DNA from: Planctomycetota bacterium
Lineage (GTDB): Bacteria > Planctomycetota > B15-G4 > JADJEK01
Length of the DNA: 64,000 bases
Direction of reading: 5' to 3'
Assembly (NCBI GenBank): GCA_044225365.1
Contig: JBGAIQ010000016.1
Span: forward strand, 1 to 64,000
Shown: positions 35,158 to 44,370 of the stretch, one piece after another
How positions within the stretch are numbered: the first letter of the stretch is position 1
How the letters are laid out: every line of letters begins with the position of its first letter
Position numbers and translations under genes: made by a program
The notes under the pieces: model-generated
Told to the model about the DNA's origin: nothing
Databases searched by the model: none
The model's input: the letters and a program-made list of their open reading frames with translations, nothing else

Positions 35158-37158
35158 TCAGTGGAGGATCTTGTCCTGCAGGAGGAGCAGATCTCGCGGA
35201 TCGACGTCATTGTCCTGGTCCATGTCGCCGAGGACCTGGCCCGGTGAATCCGGGAACGTCGTCGCGAACTGCACCGGATTGAACACCATCCACGCGAGGT
35301 AGCTGAGGTCGGTAGCGTCGATCTTGCCATCCGCGTTGACGTCGCCGAGGCTGTCGACGTGAGTGCGCGCGATGGCGTTGATGCGGCCCGCGAGCAGCGA
35401 TTCGACGTATTGGAAGTTGCCGTCCTTGCCGGGCCAGCGAACGACGAGCCACTTCAGTTTCGATCCGCCTTGCGGCCCGAGGCCGAAGTGTTGGCGCGCC
35501 GAATCCTGGCCATGGAAGCTCATGCCCGCGATGACCTGGTGATGCTGGGTGACGCCCGCGGTGCGGAGCCAGAGGCGCGCGTTCTCCGTGTTCAGGCCGT
35601 TCCCGGCATCGCGGAGGTCGATCTTGATCCAGTCGTTCCCCGTGTTCTGCGTGTTCGAGAAGAACTCGAAGCGCTGGATCGGTACCGTCGACGTGATGTC
35701 CTGCGACTTGCCGACGATGAGGTCGAGATCGCCGTCGTTGTCGAAATCGAGCGGCTCGAGGTTTCGCGAGACGTCGTCGCCGAGCGGAGTCTTGCTGAAC
35801 TGCGGTACGAGCGCGGTGGCATCGCAGTAGAGCGGAGATTTCCCGTCGCTGGCCTTCATCGGAAACTGATTGATGAAGAGCGGGTTCAGGAAGGGATCGT
35901 CGATGAGGCGCATTCCGGTCACGAATGCCTGATCGAGGTCGCCGTCGTTGTCGTAGTCGAACGCGAGCGTGCCCCAGCCGACTTCGGAGTCGTTCACCCC
36001 GACGATCGGCGCCATGTCGACGAACTTCAGATGGCCGTTCGACGAATCGTTGCGATAGAAGCGATCACGCCAGACCTTCGGATTCGTCGTGCTGCCAAGA
36101 TCGCCGATCGCGAGATTCGTGAGATGCACGTCGAGGTCGCCGTCGTTGTCGACGTCCGCGAAGTAGGCGCCCATCTCATTGCGAGCTTGCGGCGGATCAC
36201 CATTCAGTCCGATCGCCGAGGCCACGTTGACGAACGTGCCGTCGCGCTGATTCATCAGCATGAAGTCGGCGCCGAAGTCGAGATTGACGTGTAAGTCCGG
36301 CCAGCCATCGTTGTCGAGATCGACGAACGTGGGTTGCCAGGTGTCGCCGCCCTTCGGCCCGCCGTCGGGATCGGGGATCTGGTCGAGATCGATGTTGAGT
36401 CCCGCGGCGATGGTGCGATCGACGAACACTCGCGGCGTGTTCGTCGGCACGGAAGAGACGTTGTTCGCGCTGTTCGGATTCGGCTGGCTCTGGAACAGGC
36501 GCCACATGTCGTTCTGGACGCCGCCCGGAAACGTATTCCACCAGCAGACGAACAGGTCGAGGTAGCCGTCCTGGTCGTAGTCCCCGGTCGTGATGCCGCT
36601 GAGGATGCCGACCTTCGATTGCTTCACGGTCGCGGTATCGAGTTTCAGATCGCTGATCGGGGTCACGTCGTAGAACTGGTAGTTGCCGGGCGTTCCTGAG
36701 TTCCGATAGAGACGGAAGAGCTGCACGCCGGAGTTCGTGAGATGGGCGGCGTCGAAGAGATCGAGATCGCCGTCGTTGTCGTAGTCGAAGAGCAGCGTTG
36801 CACCGCCGCGCTGCTGCGTGTTCGTGAGTCCGCGCGCCGCTGCGACGTCGAGGAACGTGCCGTTCTTCTGGTTCTCGCCGAGCAGGATCTTCTGGTTCAG
36901 TCCCCCGGCGATGACGATGTCCTCGAAGCCGTCGTTGTTGTAGTCGCCGATCGTGATGCCGCTCGCTTGCGACATGTCCTGTGCGTTCTGCGATTGGTTG
37001 TAACTGAAACTGATCCCGATGTAGTTCGGCTGAGTCGAATCGCCGATCTCGACGAGCGAACCCGGGAGGGGTGTGCAGAGGGGTGCCTGCGCGAGGGCCT
37101 CGGCGGATGCAACCATGAGTGCGAATGCAATCCACGAGCGAATTGCGGGAAGACGCAT
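35158..37158 (-). CDS. CRTAC1/ASPIC-UnbV FG-GAP protein with C-terminal dockerin-like domain
   Basis: Multiple DYDNDGDLD repeats; QHFGLG...VRWP (UnbV); GDVNADGKIDATDL...GDMDQDNDVDPRDL (dockerin-like EF-hand pair). Confidence 0.9.
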   Translation of the reverse strand: MRLPAIRSWIAFALMVASAEALAQAPLCTPLPGSLVEIGDSTQPNYIGISFSYNQSQNAQDMSQASGITIGDYNNDGFEDIVIAGGLNQKILLGENQKNGTFLDVAAARGLTNTQQRGGATLLFDYDNDGDLDLFDAAHLTNSGVQLFRLYRNSGTPGNYQFYDVTPISDLKLDTATVKQSKVGILSGITTGDYDQDGYLDLFVCWWNTFPGGVQNDMWRLFQSQPNPNSANNVSSVPTNTPRVFVDRTIAAGLNIDLDQIPDPDGGPKGGDTWQPTFVDLDNDGWPDLHVNLDFGADFMLMNQRDGTFVNVASAIGLNGDPPQARNEMGAYFADVDNDGDLDVHLTNLAIGDLGSTTNPKVWRDRFYRNDSSNGHLKFVDMAPIVGVNDSEVGWGTLAFDYDNDGDLDQAFVTGMRLIDDPFLNPLFINQFPMKASDGKSPLYCDATALVPQFSKTPLGDDVSRNLEPLDFDNDGDLDLIVGKSQDITSTVPIQRFEFFSNTQNTGNDWIKIDLRDAGNGLNTENARLWLRTAGVTQHHQVIAGMSFHGQDSARQHFGLGPQGGSKLKWLVVRWPGKDGNFQYVESLLAGRINAIARTHVDSLGDVNADGKIDATDLSYLAWMVFNPVQFATTFPDSPGQVLGDMDQDNDVDPRDLLLLQDKILH

Positions 37159-37474
37159 GACGACCTCTCCTCTCTGCGACTCTCTCTCTCGAGTCGGAAC
37201 CCGAACCGATCCGGAGCTCCAGTTCTCCGAATCCGCTTCCCGAGGGCGTCGTGGCGAGTGCTTCGCGATCCGGCATGGTGCGAACGCCGACCGACACCCC
37301 GGGGCAGGGCGATCCTGTTGGCGTCGCATTGTAATGCGGTGTCCGCGGGCTGCGACCCGGACCTGGACGAAAAATCCGAATCCGGGGACGAAACAACGAC
37401 GCGAAGTGCGCCGCCGCGCGCCTCGCGTCGTTCGTTCGAAGGTCGCTGGATCCGGCCGCGTGGCCGGGCCGGCA

Positions 37475-37912
37475 TCACTTCTTGAAGTAACCGTTCAGCG
37501 ACACGCCTCCCGCGCCATTCACGGTGCGCACGAGCACGTGCTCGCCAGGACCGAATTCGATGCCCGTCGAGAACGAGTGGGAGAAGCTGCCGGCAGCGGC
37601 CGTTCCAGTGAACGGAATCACGTCGACGGTATTGGTGTCGACCTTCTGCTTCTTCATCACGAGGCCGTTCGCCGCGTTCAGGTTGTTGGAGAAGATGAAG
37701 TCGGTGATGACGAGCGTCTGACCGGAAGGGACGGTGACCGCGTCGGTGTTCGTAGCATTGGTCAGGTTGTTGTTCACGAACAGGAAAGCCGACTGGTACT
37801 TGCCCTTGCCCTTGATCGTCGAGATCGAAGCCTGAAGGCTCTTCACGGCGACCAGCACACAGCAGAGGGTGGCGGCGCCGATCCAGAGTGGGTTGCGAGT
37901 GAGGCGGAACAT
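37475..37912 (-). CDS. Small exported hypothetical protein
   Basis: ATG at 37912 after GAGGAA; signal-like N-terminus; beta-rich VTVPSGQTLVITD...TGIEFGPGE. Confidence 0.7.
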   Translation of the reverse strand: MFRLTRNPLWIGAATLCCVLVAVKSLQASISTIKGKGKYQSAFLFVNNNLTNATNTDAVTVPSGQTLVITDFIFSNNLNAANGLVMKKQKVDTNTVDVIPFTGTAAAGSFSHSFSTGIEFGPGEHVLVRTVNGAGGVSLNGYFKK

Positions 37913-38182
37913 GGCTTTTCTTTTCCTCGGAGGGGGAGTGGACAGCGGCGGAGAGTCGCCGCGTCGGGCGGATGGGGGGCAGTAGGAGTCGCTTCGAGAG
38001 TACGCTGCAACGACCCCCAGAGCAAGCGCGCCGGGCCGGCGTGATGTGGTGCTTCGCTCACCCTCTTTCGCGGTCGGCTGAACGCGTCTTGAAGCGACCT
38101 TGATCGGCGCCGGGTCTCCTACGGCCTCGATCCTCGCTCTCCGCGACACACTCGCGGACCAGAACCCCGAATAGGAGAATCC

Positions 38183-39484
38183 ATGACTCTGAAGCTTCTC
38201 GCCGCCGTCGCCGCTTCCGCCTTCGCCGGAGTCGCTCTCGCCGACAGCCAGTTCTCGCTCTCCGAGATCTTCGTCAACCCGCCGGGGACCGACAACACGC
38301 AGGAGGGCATCGAGATCCGTGGGCCTGCCTCGACCACGATGGCCGGGTACCACCTGATCGTCATCGAGGGCGATGGCACCGCTGCGGGCGTCGTCGACTA
38401 CAACCTCGATCTCTCGACGAAGAGCACGGGCAGCAACGGCCTGTTCCTGTGGCGCGACGCTGCGATCACGATCAGCCCGGCTCCCGACGCCGGAACGAGC
38501 GTGTTCGTTCAGGACTTCAATCCCGACCTCGAGAACGGCACGTACACTTGGATCCTCGGCTATGGCTCGGTGACTCCGTCGGTCGGCACGCTCCTCGACG
38601 CCGATCATGACGGCACGCTCGACGCCGGCGTCTTCGCCTCGGGCGGCGCTCTCGACGGCTTCACGGTCGTCGACTGCGTGTCGATGGTCGAGAACGATGG
38701 CCCGGTGAACTTCTCGTACGCCGACGACGTCGGATACGCGAACGCGGTCATCGGCCCGTTCCTCGGCGTCCCGGGCATCAGCGATCACAATCCGGACTGC
38801 CTCGTCCGGATCTACAATGCGAACGGCCCCTGCGGTTGGGCGGGTGGCGACGTCCTCGGCACGAACCCGGGCGGACCGTACAGCTTCGACTACACCGCAA
38901 GCCCGCCGCGCGTCTTCGGCTTCGCGGACTTCGGCATCACGACCTCGCAGGCCGTCACGCTCGGTTCGGCGAACCCGTCGGGCGTCGACAGCGACAACGA
39001 CGGTGTGCTCGACCACTGCGACGGCTGCCCGAGCGATCCGAACAAGGGAGCCGCGGGCTCCTGCGGTTGCGGAGTCGCCGAAGGCTGCACGCTCGGTATC
39101 GACGTCGACGCGATCTCCGCTACCACCGGTGGCGCGCAGGTCCTCTCGCTCCACGGCGGCCTGAGCCACGCAGGCTATGGCTACCTCGTCCTCGGCAGCG
39201 CGACGGGCACGGTCCCGGGTCTCCAGGTCTCGGGCTCGGTCCATCTCGACTTGAACCCGGACTTCTACTTCAACCTCCTGGCGACGTACCCAAACACGAT
39301 CGTGTTCCCGTCGCTCGGCAACCTCGACGCGGCCGGCGAAGCGACGGCGACCTGGTTCCTCCCCGGGGGCGCGGTCACGCTCGGCTCGCCGATCACGGTG
39401 ACGCACGCCTACCTGCTGTTCGATCCGGTCACGACCGCGATCAAGTTCGCGAGCAACACGACGCCGCTCACGATCAACCCCTGA
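38183..39484 (+). CDS. Secreted protein: lamin-tail-like domain, TSP3-like Ca-binding repeat, C-terminal beta domain
   Basis: SD AGGAG; signal peptide; LSEIFVNPPGTD..QEGIEI; DSDNDGVLDHCDGCPSDPNK...CGCG. Confidence 0.8.
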   Translation: MTLKLLAAVAASAFAGVALADSQFSLSEIFVNPPGTDNTQEGIEIRGPASTTMAGYHLIVIEGDGTAAGVVDYNLDLSTKSTGSNGLFLWRDAAITISPAPDAGTSVFVQDFNPDLENGTYTWILGYGSVTPSVGTLLDADHDGTLDAGVFASGGALDGFTVVDCVSMVENDGPVNFSYADDVGYANAVIGPFLGVPGISDHNPDCLVRIYNANGPCGWAGGDVLGTNPGGPYSFDYTASPPRVFGFADFGITTSQAVTLGSANPSGVDSDNDGVLDHCDGCPSDPNKGAAGSCGCGVAEGCTLGIDVDAISATTGGAQVLSLHGGLSHAGYGYLVLGSATGTVPGLQVSGSVHLDLNPDFYFNLLATYPNTIVFPSLGNLDAAGEATATWFLPGGAVTLGSPITVTHAYLLFDPVTTAIKFASNTTPLTINP

Positions 39485-39521
39485 GACGAGGAGCGGGCTC
39501 GCAAGCTCGCTGAAGCGGAAA

Positions 39522-39553
39522 AGAAGGCGGCACGCCTCGGCGTGTCGCCTTCT
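39522..39553 (+). terminator. Stem-loop after the 38183-39484 gene
   Basis: AGAAGGCGGCACGCC / GGCGTGTCGCCTTCT inverted repeat. Confidence 0.6.
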
Positions 39554-39609
39554 CGTCGTCTTGGGCTCTGCGTTACGATAGTCTCTTCGAACGCCGTTCG
39601 GAGACCTGC

Positions 39610-41766
39610 ATGTCGCATCGCCTGCTCGACTCGATCCTCGGATCCTTCCTGCTTCTGTGTTGTCTCGCCGCACCGCAGCGAGCGTTCGCGCAGAACGGCC
39701 CGCCGCCCGGCCTCAATCGCGAAGCGATGTGGCCCGCACCGACGGCCGAGGACTGGAGCAAGCCTTGCGTCATCCACTGGCAGCGGACCTTCGACGACGC
39801 GATCGCCGTCGCGAAGGCGACCAAGCGGCCCCTGCTCGTGTGCGTGAACATGGACGGCGAGATCGCGAGCGAGCACTGGGCGGGCGTGCTGTATCGCAAG
39901 CCCGAGCTCGCGAAGATCTTCGACGGCTACGTTCCGGTGATCGGATCGGTGTATCGCCATACCGCTCGCGACTACGACGACCAGGGCCGACGCATCCCTT
40001 GCCCACGGTTCGGCACCGTGACGTGCGGCGAGCACATCGCCATGGAGACCGTCTTCTACGAGAAGTTCCTCGACGGCAAGCGTATTTCCCCGCGCCACAT
40101 TCGCGTGGAGCTCGGAGAGACGGAGAACAAGACCTTCGACATCTTCTACACCTGGGACACGATCTCGGTGGTGAACGCGGTTCGCGATGGCGGCAGCAAG
40201 ACTTTCGTGCCCCCATCCCTCGATCGCCCGTTCCTCGAGCGCCTCACGAGCCGAGACGATCAGGATCGAACGGCGGTGGAGGAGGCGTATCGAAGCGGAG
40301 ACGGTGCGACGCGCAGGTCGTTGCTCGAAGCGAACGCGAAACTCCGCGACGACGCATCGATCGATCTCCTGCGCCTCGGTCTCTCCGACGTCGACGAGTC
40401 GCTCGCAGCGCTTGCGCGGCGCACCTTGAGCAGCGCCAACACCGAGTCCGCAGTCGATGCGATCGCCCAGGCCCTGCGCGCGCCGATGCCTTCCGGCGAG
40501 CGCGATGACCTCGTTTCGGCTCTCTCGCGAATCGGGGAACACTCGGAGCGAGCGCGGACGCTCTCGATCGTGCAAGGGCGGAACGAAATCGCTTCGAAGG
40601 ACATCGATCTCGCGGCCTGGACCAACTCGCTCGATGACGCGCGAAGCGTCGCCGCGGCGCGCGAGAGTTACGTCGCGAACATGCGACTCTCGACGCAGGC
40701 CGCGATCTTGAGCGGTAACGATCCCGGCCAACTGCTCGGTCTCGCCGAAGGTTTCCTCGCCGAAGCGGGGGATCCGAACACGGAGGACAAATTCGCGCGA
40801 CTGCTCGTGCAGGACGCGCGAGATGCGGCGGATCGAGCGGTCGCGTCGTTGCCGCAGGGTCGCGACGACCCGCGTGCCGCGGCGGTGCTCGCCGTCGCGG
40901 CGTGGTACGCCGGCGATCTCGACGAAGCGCGGGAACGGGCGAAGAAGGCGATCGATCGAGTTCCCGCCGATGCGGCGAGCCCGATCGCGATGATCGTGCT
41001 CGGACTCTTCGCCGAAGCGCGGCAACGCGACATCTCCGCGGCTCAGCGCGAGAAGAGGGCGTGGCCTCCCGAATGGCTCGCCGACGTCAACGCCGCGTAC
41101 AGCGTCCTCGAGAAGCATCCGTTCGGGGACGACACCCAGATCGCGGCGCACGTCGACTTCCTGTTCCGGCTCGAGGCTCGAGAGCAAGGCAGCCGCGTGC
41201 TCGATTCGGGGCTCGCGCGGTTTCCCGAGTCGTTCGCTCTCCACAAGCGAGTGCGAACGCGCGAGCTGCATGACAAGGGTCCCGTCGGTCTCGTCGCCTA
41301 CTACGATTCTCTATCGAGGGAGCATCCCGAATGGCCGAGCCTCTCGTGGTACGCCGGTTACGCCGCGCTCGTCGCCGCGGAGTTCCACAAGAGGTCGCGC
41401 GCCGACGATGCAGCGCTCACCGCGTACGACGCGGCGGTGAAACACTTCGACTTGGCGATCGCTCAGAACGCGGAGTGTCGAGCGACGGCGGATCACTACG
41501 CGGCGCTCGCGTTCGCGGGTCGGGCGCGGATCGAGATGGAGCGCGGTGAACTCGAGGCCGCGACGCAGGATCTGTGCGCGTCGATCGCTCGCCGATCCGA
41601 CGCGGCCGGCGTGAAGGACGGCCTCGGTCGGACGCCCGCGGCGACGGCGCTGTCGCTGCGCCAGCGGCTCGACGAGAAGAAGGCGACGGACCTGAGAGCG
41701 CGACTCGACAAGGCGCTCGAGGCGATCGATCCGGCATTGCTCGTCCCGAACGACACCGAGCGGTGA
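39610..41766 (+). CDS. Exported protein: thioredoxin-like N-terminal domain plus HEAT/TPR-like helical repeats
   Basis: IHWQRTFDDAIAVAKATKRPLLV (Trx-like entry), PCPRFGTVTCGEH, Ala-rich helical repeats. Confidence 0.7.
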   Translation: MSHRLLDSILGSFLLLCCLAAPQRAFAQNGPPPGLNREAMWPAPTAEDWSKPCVIHWQRTFDDAIAVAKATKRPLLVCVNMDGEIASEHWAGVLYRKPELAKIFDGYVPVIGSVYRHTARDYDDQGRRIPCPRFGTVTCGEHIAMETVFYEKFLDGKRISPRHIRVELGETENKTFDIFYTWDTISVVNAVRDGGSKTFVPPSLDRPFLERLTSRDDQDRTAVEEAYRSGDGATRRSLLEANAKLRDDASIDLLRLGLSDVDESLAALARRTLSSANTESAVDAIAQALRAPMPSGERDDLVSALSRIGEHSERARTLSIVQGRNEIASKDIDLAAWTNSLDDARSVAAARESYVANMRLSTQAAILSGNDPGQLLGLAEGFLAEAGDPNTEDKFARLLVQDARDAADRAVASLPQGRDDPRAAAVLAVAAWYAGDLDEARERAKKAIDRVPADAASPIAMIVLGLFAEARQRDISAAQREKRAWPPEWLADVNAAYSVLEKHPFGDDTQIAAHVDFLFRLEAREQGSRVLDSGLARFPESFALHKRVRTRELHDKGPVGLVAYYDSLSREHPEWPSLSWYAGYAALVAAEFHKRSRADDAALTAYDAAVKHFDLAIAQNAECRATADHYAALAFAGRARIEMERGELEAATQDLCASIARRSDAAGVKDGLGRTPAATALSLRQRLDEKKATDLRARLDKALEAIDPALLVPNDTER

Positions 41767-41848
41767 GCGCGCCTTGATCGAAATGGTTGGAGAGGCGAGG
41801 CGGCGGAGAACATGGAGAGCGCGCGGCTCTGGGTGGCATCGACCGAAG

Positions 41849-42001
41849 GAGGCCACGCTGGAGCGTGGCGGTCCGAAGATGAAGATGGAACTGCGGACCG
41901 CCAGGCTCTGCCTGGCATGGGGTCGAACGAGGCCACGCTGGAGCGTGGCGGTCCAAACCTAGCATGGAATCGAAGTACGCAATGCCGGAGCGTGGCAGAC
42001 C
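41849..42001. repeat. Cluster of REP-like palindromes (BIME-like)
   Basis: GAGGCCACGCTGGAGCGTGGCGGTCC exact at 41849-41874 and 41929-41954; inverted variant GGACCGCCAGGCTCTGCCTGGCAT at 41895-41918; decayed copy at ~41983-42001. Confidence 0.88.
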
Positions 42002-42005
42002 AACG

Positions 42006-42608
42006 ATGAAGAGATTCGCCCGTGCACTTCAGCGCATGCGCGATTGGAAGCCCGTGAGGGTCACGGCGCGCTTCGTGCGCAAGCTGACGTACTGGCGATC
42101 GCGTCGTGATCACCGCTACTACGTGGAAGTCGTCCGGCAATGCGGACTCGTCGCGCCGCAGGGCGGGAGCGTCATCGACATCGGTGCGCACGAGACGCAC
42201 GTCCTCGGCGAATTGAAGGGGTTTGCGCGCCGAGTTGCGCTCGATCGCGCGGCGATCTCGAGCAAGCCCGGAGTCGAGACGGTGCGCGCGAATTTCCTGA
42301 AGTACGTCCCGAACCAAGCCTTCGATCTCGTCCTTTGCCTTCAGGTCCTCGAGCACCTGAAGGATCCCGAGACGTTTGCGAAGAAGCTGTTCGAAACGGG
42401 GCGCAATGTGATCATCAGCGTTCCCTACAAGTGGCCGCGCGGGAAGTGTCGCTGGCACGTGCAGGATCCGGTGGACGAGGAGAAGCTCGCGGCGTGGACC
42501 GGGCGCGTCCCGACGACGACGATCGTGGCGAAGGACAAGAGCGAGCGCCTGATCGCCGTGTACGTGGGCGGCGGTGAGATCGCCGATCGAAGTGGATCGA
42601 CGCCTTGA
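42006..42608 (+). CDS. Class I SAM-dependent methyltransferase
   Basis: VIDIGA, FDLVLCLQVLEHL, IISVP motifs. Confidence 0.85.
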   Translation: MKRFARALQRMRDWKPVRVTARFVRKLTYWRSRRDHRYYVEVVRQCGLVAPQGGSVIDIGAHETHVLGELKGFARRVALDRAAISSKPGVETVRANFLKYVPNQAFDLVLCLQVLEHLKDPETFAKKLFETGRNVIISVPYKWPRGKCRWHVQDPVDEEKLAAWTGRVPTTTIVAKDKSERLIAVYVGGGEIADRSGSTP

Positions 42609-44168
42609 TCAGTCCCGCGTGAACGCGAGCTGGCCGTTTGCGATCGACTTCGATTTGCCGTCCGCGCTGACGACGACACCGGAGTAGGTGCCCTGGACGA
42701 GCACGTGGTTGCCGTAGGTGACGACGCGGAGCGAGTCGAAGGTGGCCTGGAGCGTCGAGGTGGTTCCGGGAATCGGTAGCTCGAGCGAGCCGTTGTCGCC
42801 GAGGTTCCCGCTCGCCAGGTCGATCGCGCCCGTTCCCGTATTCAGGATCCCGCCGAAGCTCGTCGCCGCGCCCGGGATGTCGAGCGTGAACTTCTCACCA
42901 TCGAACTTGCCGCTCGCGCTCTGGAACGGGCCCACGGTGACGACGCTCGAATTGCCGAGGTAATCGCCCGTGACGACCTGATGGCTGAGCGAGCCATCGA
43001 ACGATGCGTTCAGGAGTTCGTCGAGCGGCGCACTCACGATGCCCGGCTTCGGGTTGGGTCCGCGCAGGACGATGACTTCGTCGAGCACGGAGTCGAACGC
43101 ATCGGAAAGGAAGATGGGTTCCGCCGGAGCCATGCCGGGAACGATCGTCCCGCCGGTCGGCAGCGGAAGGATGTCGATGCGGCTGAGGCCGGTCATCGGC
43201 GGCGGAAATAACATGCCGTTGGGATCGCCCGTCGAACCGTCGTCGAGCGGGCCGTCGAGGTCCACGTGCGTTCGGATCATCACCTCGTCGATGCCATCGC
43301 CGTCGACATCGGTGGCTTCGAGTTCGAGCACCGGTCCCGTCGAGGCCGGGAGGGCGAGAGTACCGAAGGTGATGGGCGGGAGGTCGGCGACGATTCGCGG
43401 CGCCGGGATCACCTCGATCGATTGCGCTCCGTCGAGCGTTCGACGGAGCAGCGCAATCTCCTCCTTGCCGTCGCCGTCCATGTCGACGGCCGCGAGATCG
43501 ACGATCGCGTCCTTCGGATCGGATCCGAGGTCGAGGTACGAGGCGAACGGTGCGCCGAGCTCGGCCTTCGAGATGGCGGTCGTCTTGGTCTTCTTCGAGT
43601 TCGCGTTCGGGGACGGCAGCGCGTAGACCTCGAGTCGCTGGGAGCCGCTCTCCACCTGTCGCACGACGACGATCTCGTCGCGGAAGTCGCCGTCGAGATC
43701 GATGCCGTCGGCGGCGATGATCGCGCCGAAGGTCGGCTTGGAGCCGATCGCGTCCTTCGCCGTGCGCAGGGTCGGATGGCTCACGTTCTGCGAACCGACG
43801 GGCGCACGATGCACGGAGAGCGAGTACCTTCCGCCGGCGACGGACTCCCGCAGGACCACGATCTCGTCGCTCAGGTCCCCGTCGAGGTCCGCACTGAACG
43901 CGACGCGGACCGGAGTTGCGCCTGCGTAGCGGAAGAAGGAATCGTCGAATCCGAAGGAACTCGGACCGAGCGAAGGCGGATCGACGGCGCTTCCGCCGTT
44001 CGCGCCACCCCCGGTGCTCGGGCCGAAATTCAATCCGACGACGAGCGACGCCCGCGCCTTCGAGTCGAACGATTCGTGACGCAGGACGGCGAGTTGGTCG
44101 GTGGACGTGTCGACGAATCCGGGCGAACTGACGCAGAGCGGTAGAAGACGGAGCACGATTCCGAGCAT
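42609..44168 (-). CDS. FG-GAP/VCBS-repeat protein
   Basis: Repeats DLDGDLSDEIV, DLDGDFRDEIV, DMDGDGKEEIA, DVDGDGIDEVM. Confidence 0.75.
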   Translation of the reverse strand: MLGIVLRLLPLCVSSPGFVDTSTDQLAVLRHESFDSKARASLVVGLNFGPSTGGGANGGSAVDPPSLGPSSFGFDDSFFRYAGATPVRVAFSADLDGDLSDEIVVLRESVAGGRYSLSVHRAPVGSQNVSHPTLRTAKDAIGSKPTFGAIIAADGIDLDGDFRDEIVVVRQVESGSQRLEVYALPSPNANSKKTKTTAISKAELGAPFASYLDLGSDPKDAIVDLAAVDMDGDGKEEIALLRRTLDGAQSIEVIPAPRIVADLPPITFGTLALPASTGPVLELEATDVDGDGIDEVMIRTHVDLDGPLDDGSTGDPNGMLFPPPMTGLSRIDILPLPTGGTIVPGMAPAEPIFLSDAFDSVLDEVIVLRGPNPKPGIVSAPLDELLNASFDGSLSHQVVTGDYLGNSSVVTVGPFQSASGKFDGEKFTLDIPGAATSFGGILNTGTGAIDLASGNLGDNGSLELPIPGTTSTLQATFDSLRVVTYGNHVLVQGTYSGVVVSADGKSKSIANGQLAFTRD

Positions 44169-44370
44169 GATCCACTCCCTCGTCGTTCAAGGGCGCTCGC
44201 TCGCGGGTCGATCGAACCCGTGCGGCGCTGCTTCCAGGCGACGAGCATCGTACCGTTGGAACGACCGACCAGCTCGACTTTCGTGCGCAAGATCGAGTTC
44301 GGACCTCGCCGCCGTGGAACGCCCCGATAGGTACAGTGGCGCCCTTCGAGGACGTCGCGGAAGACCTCTC

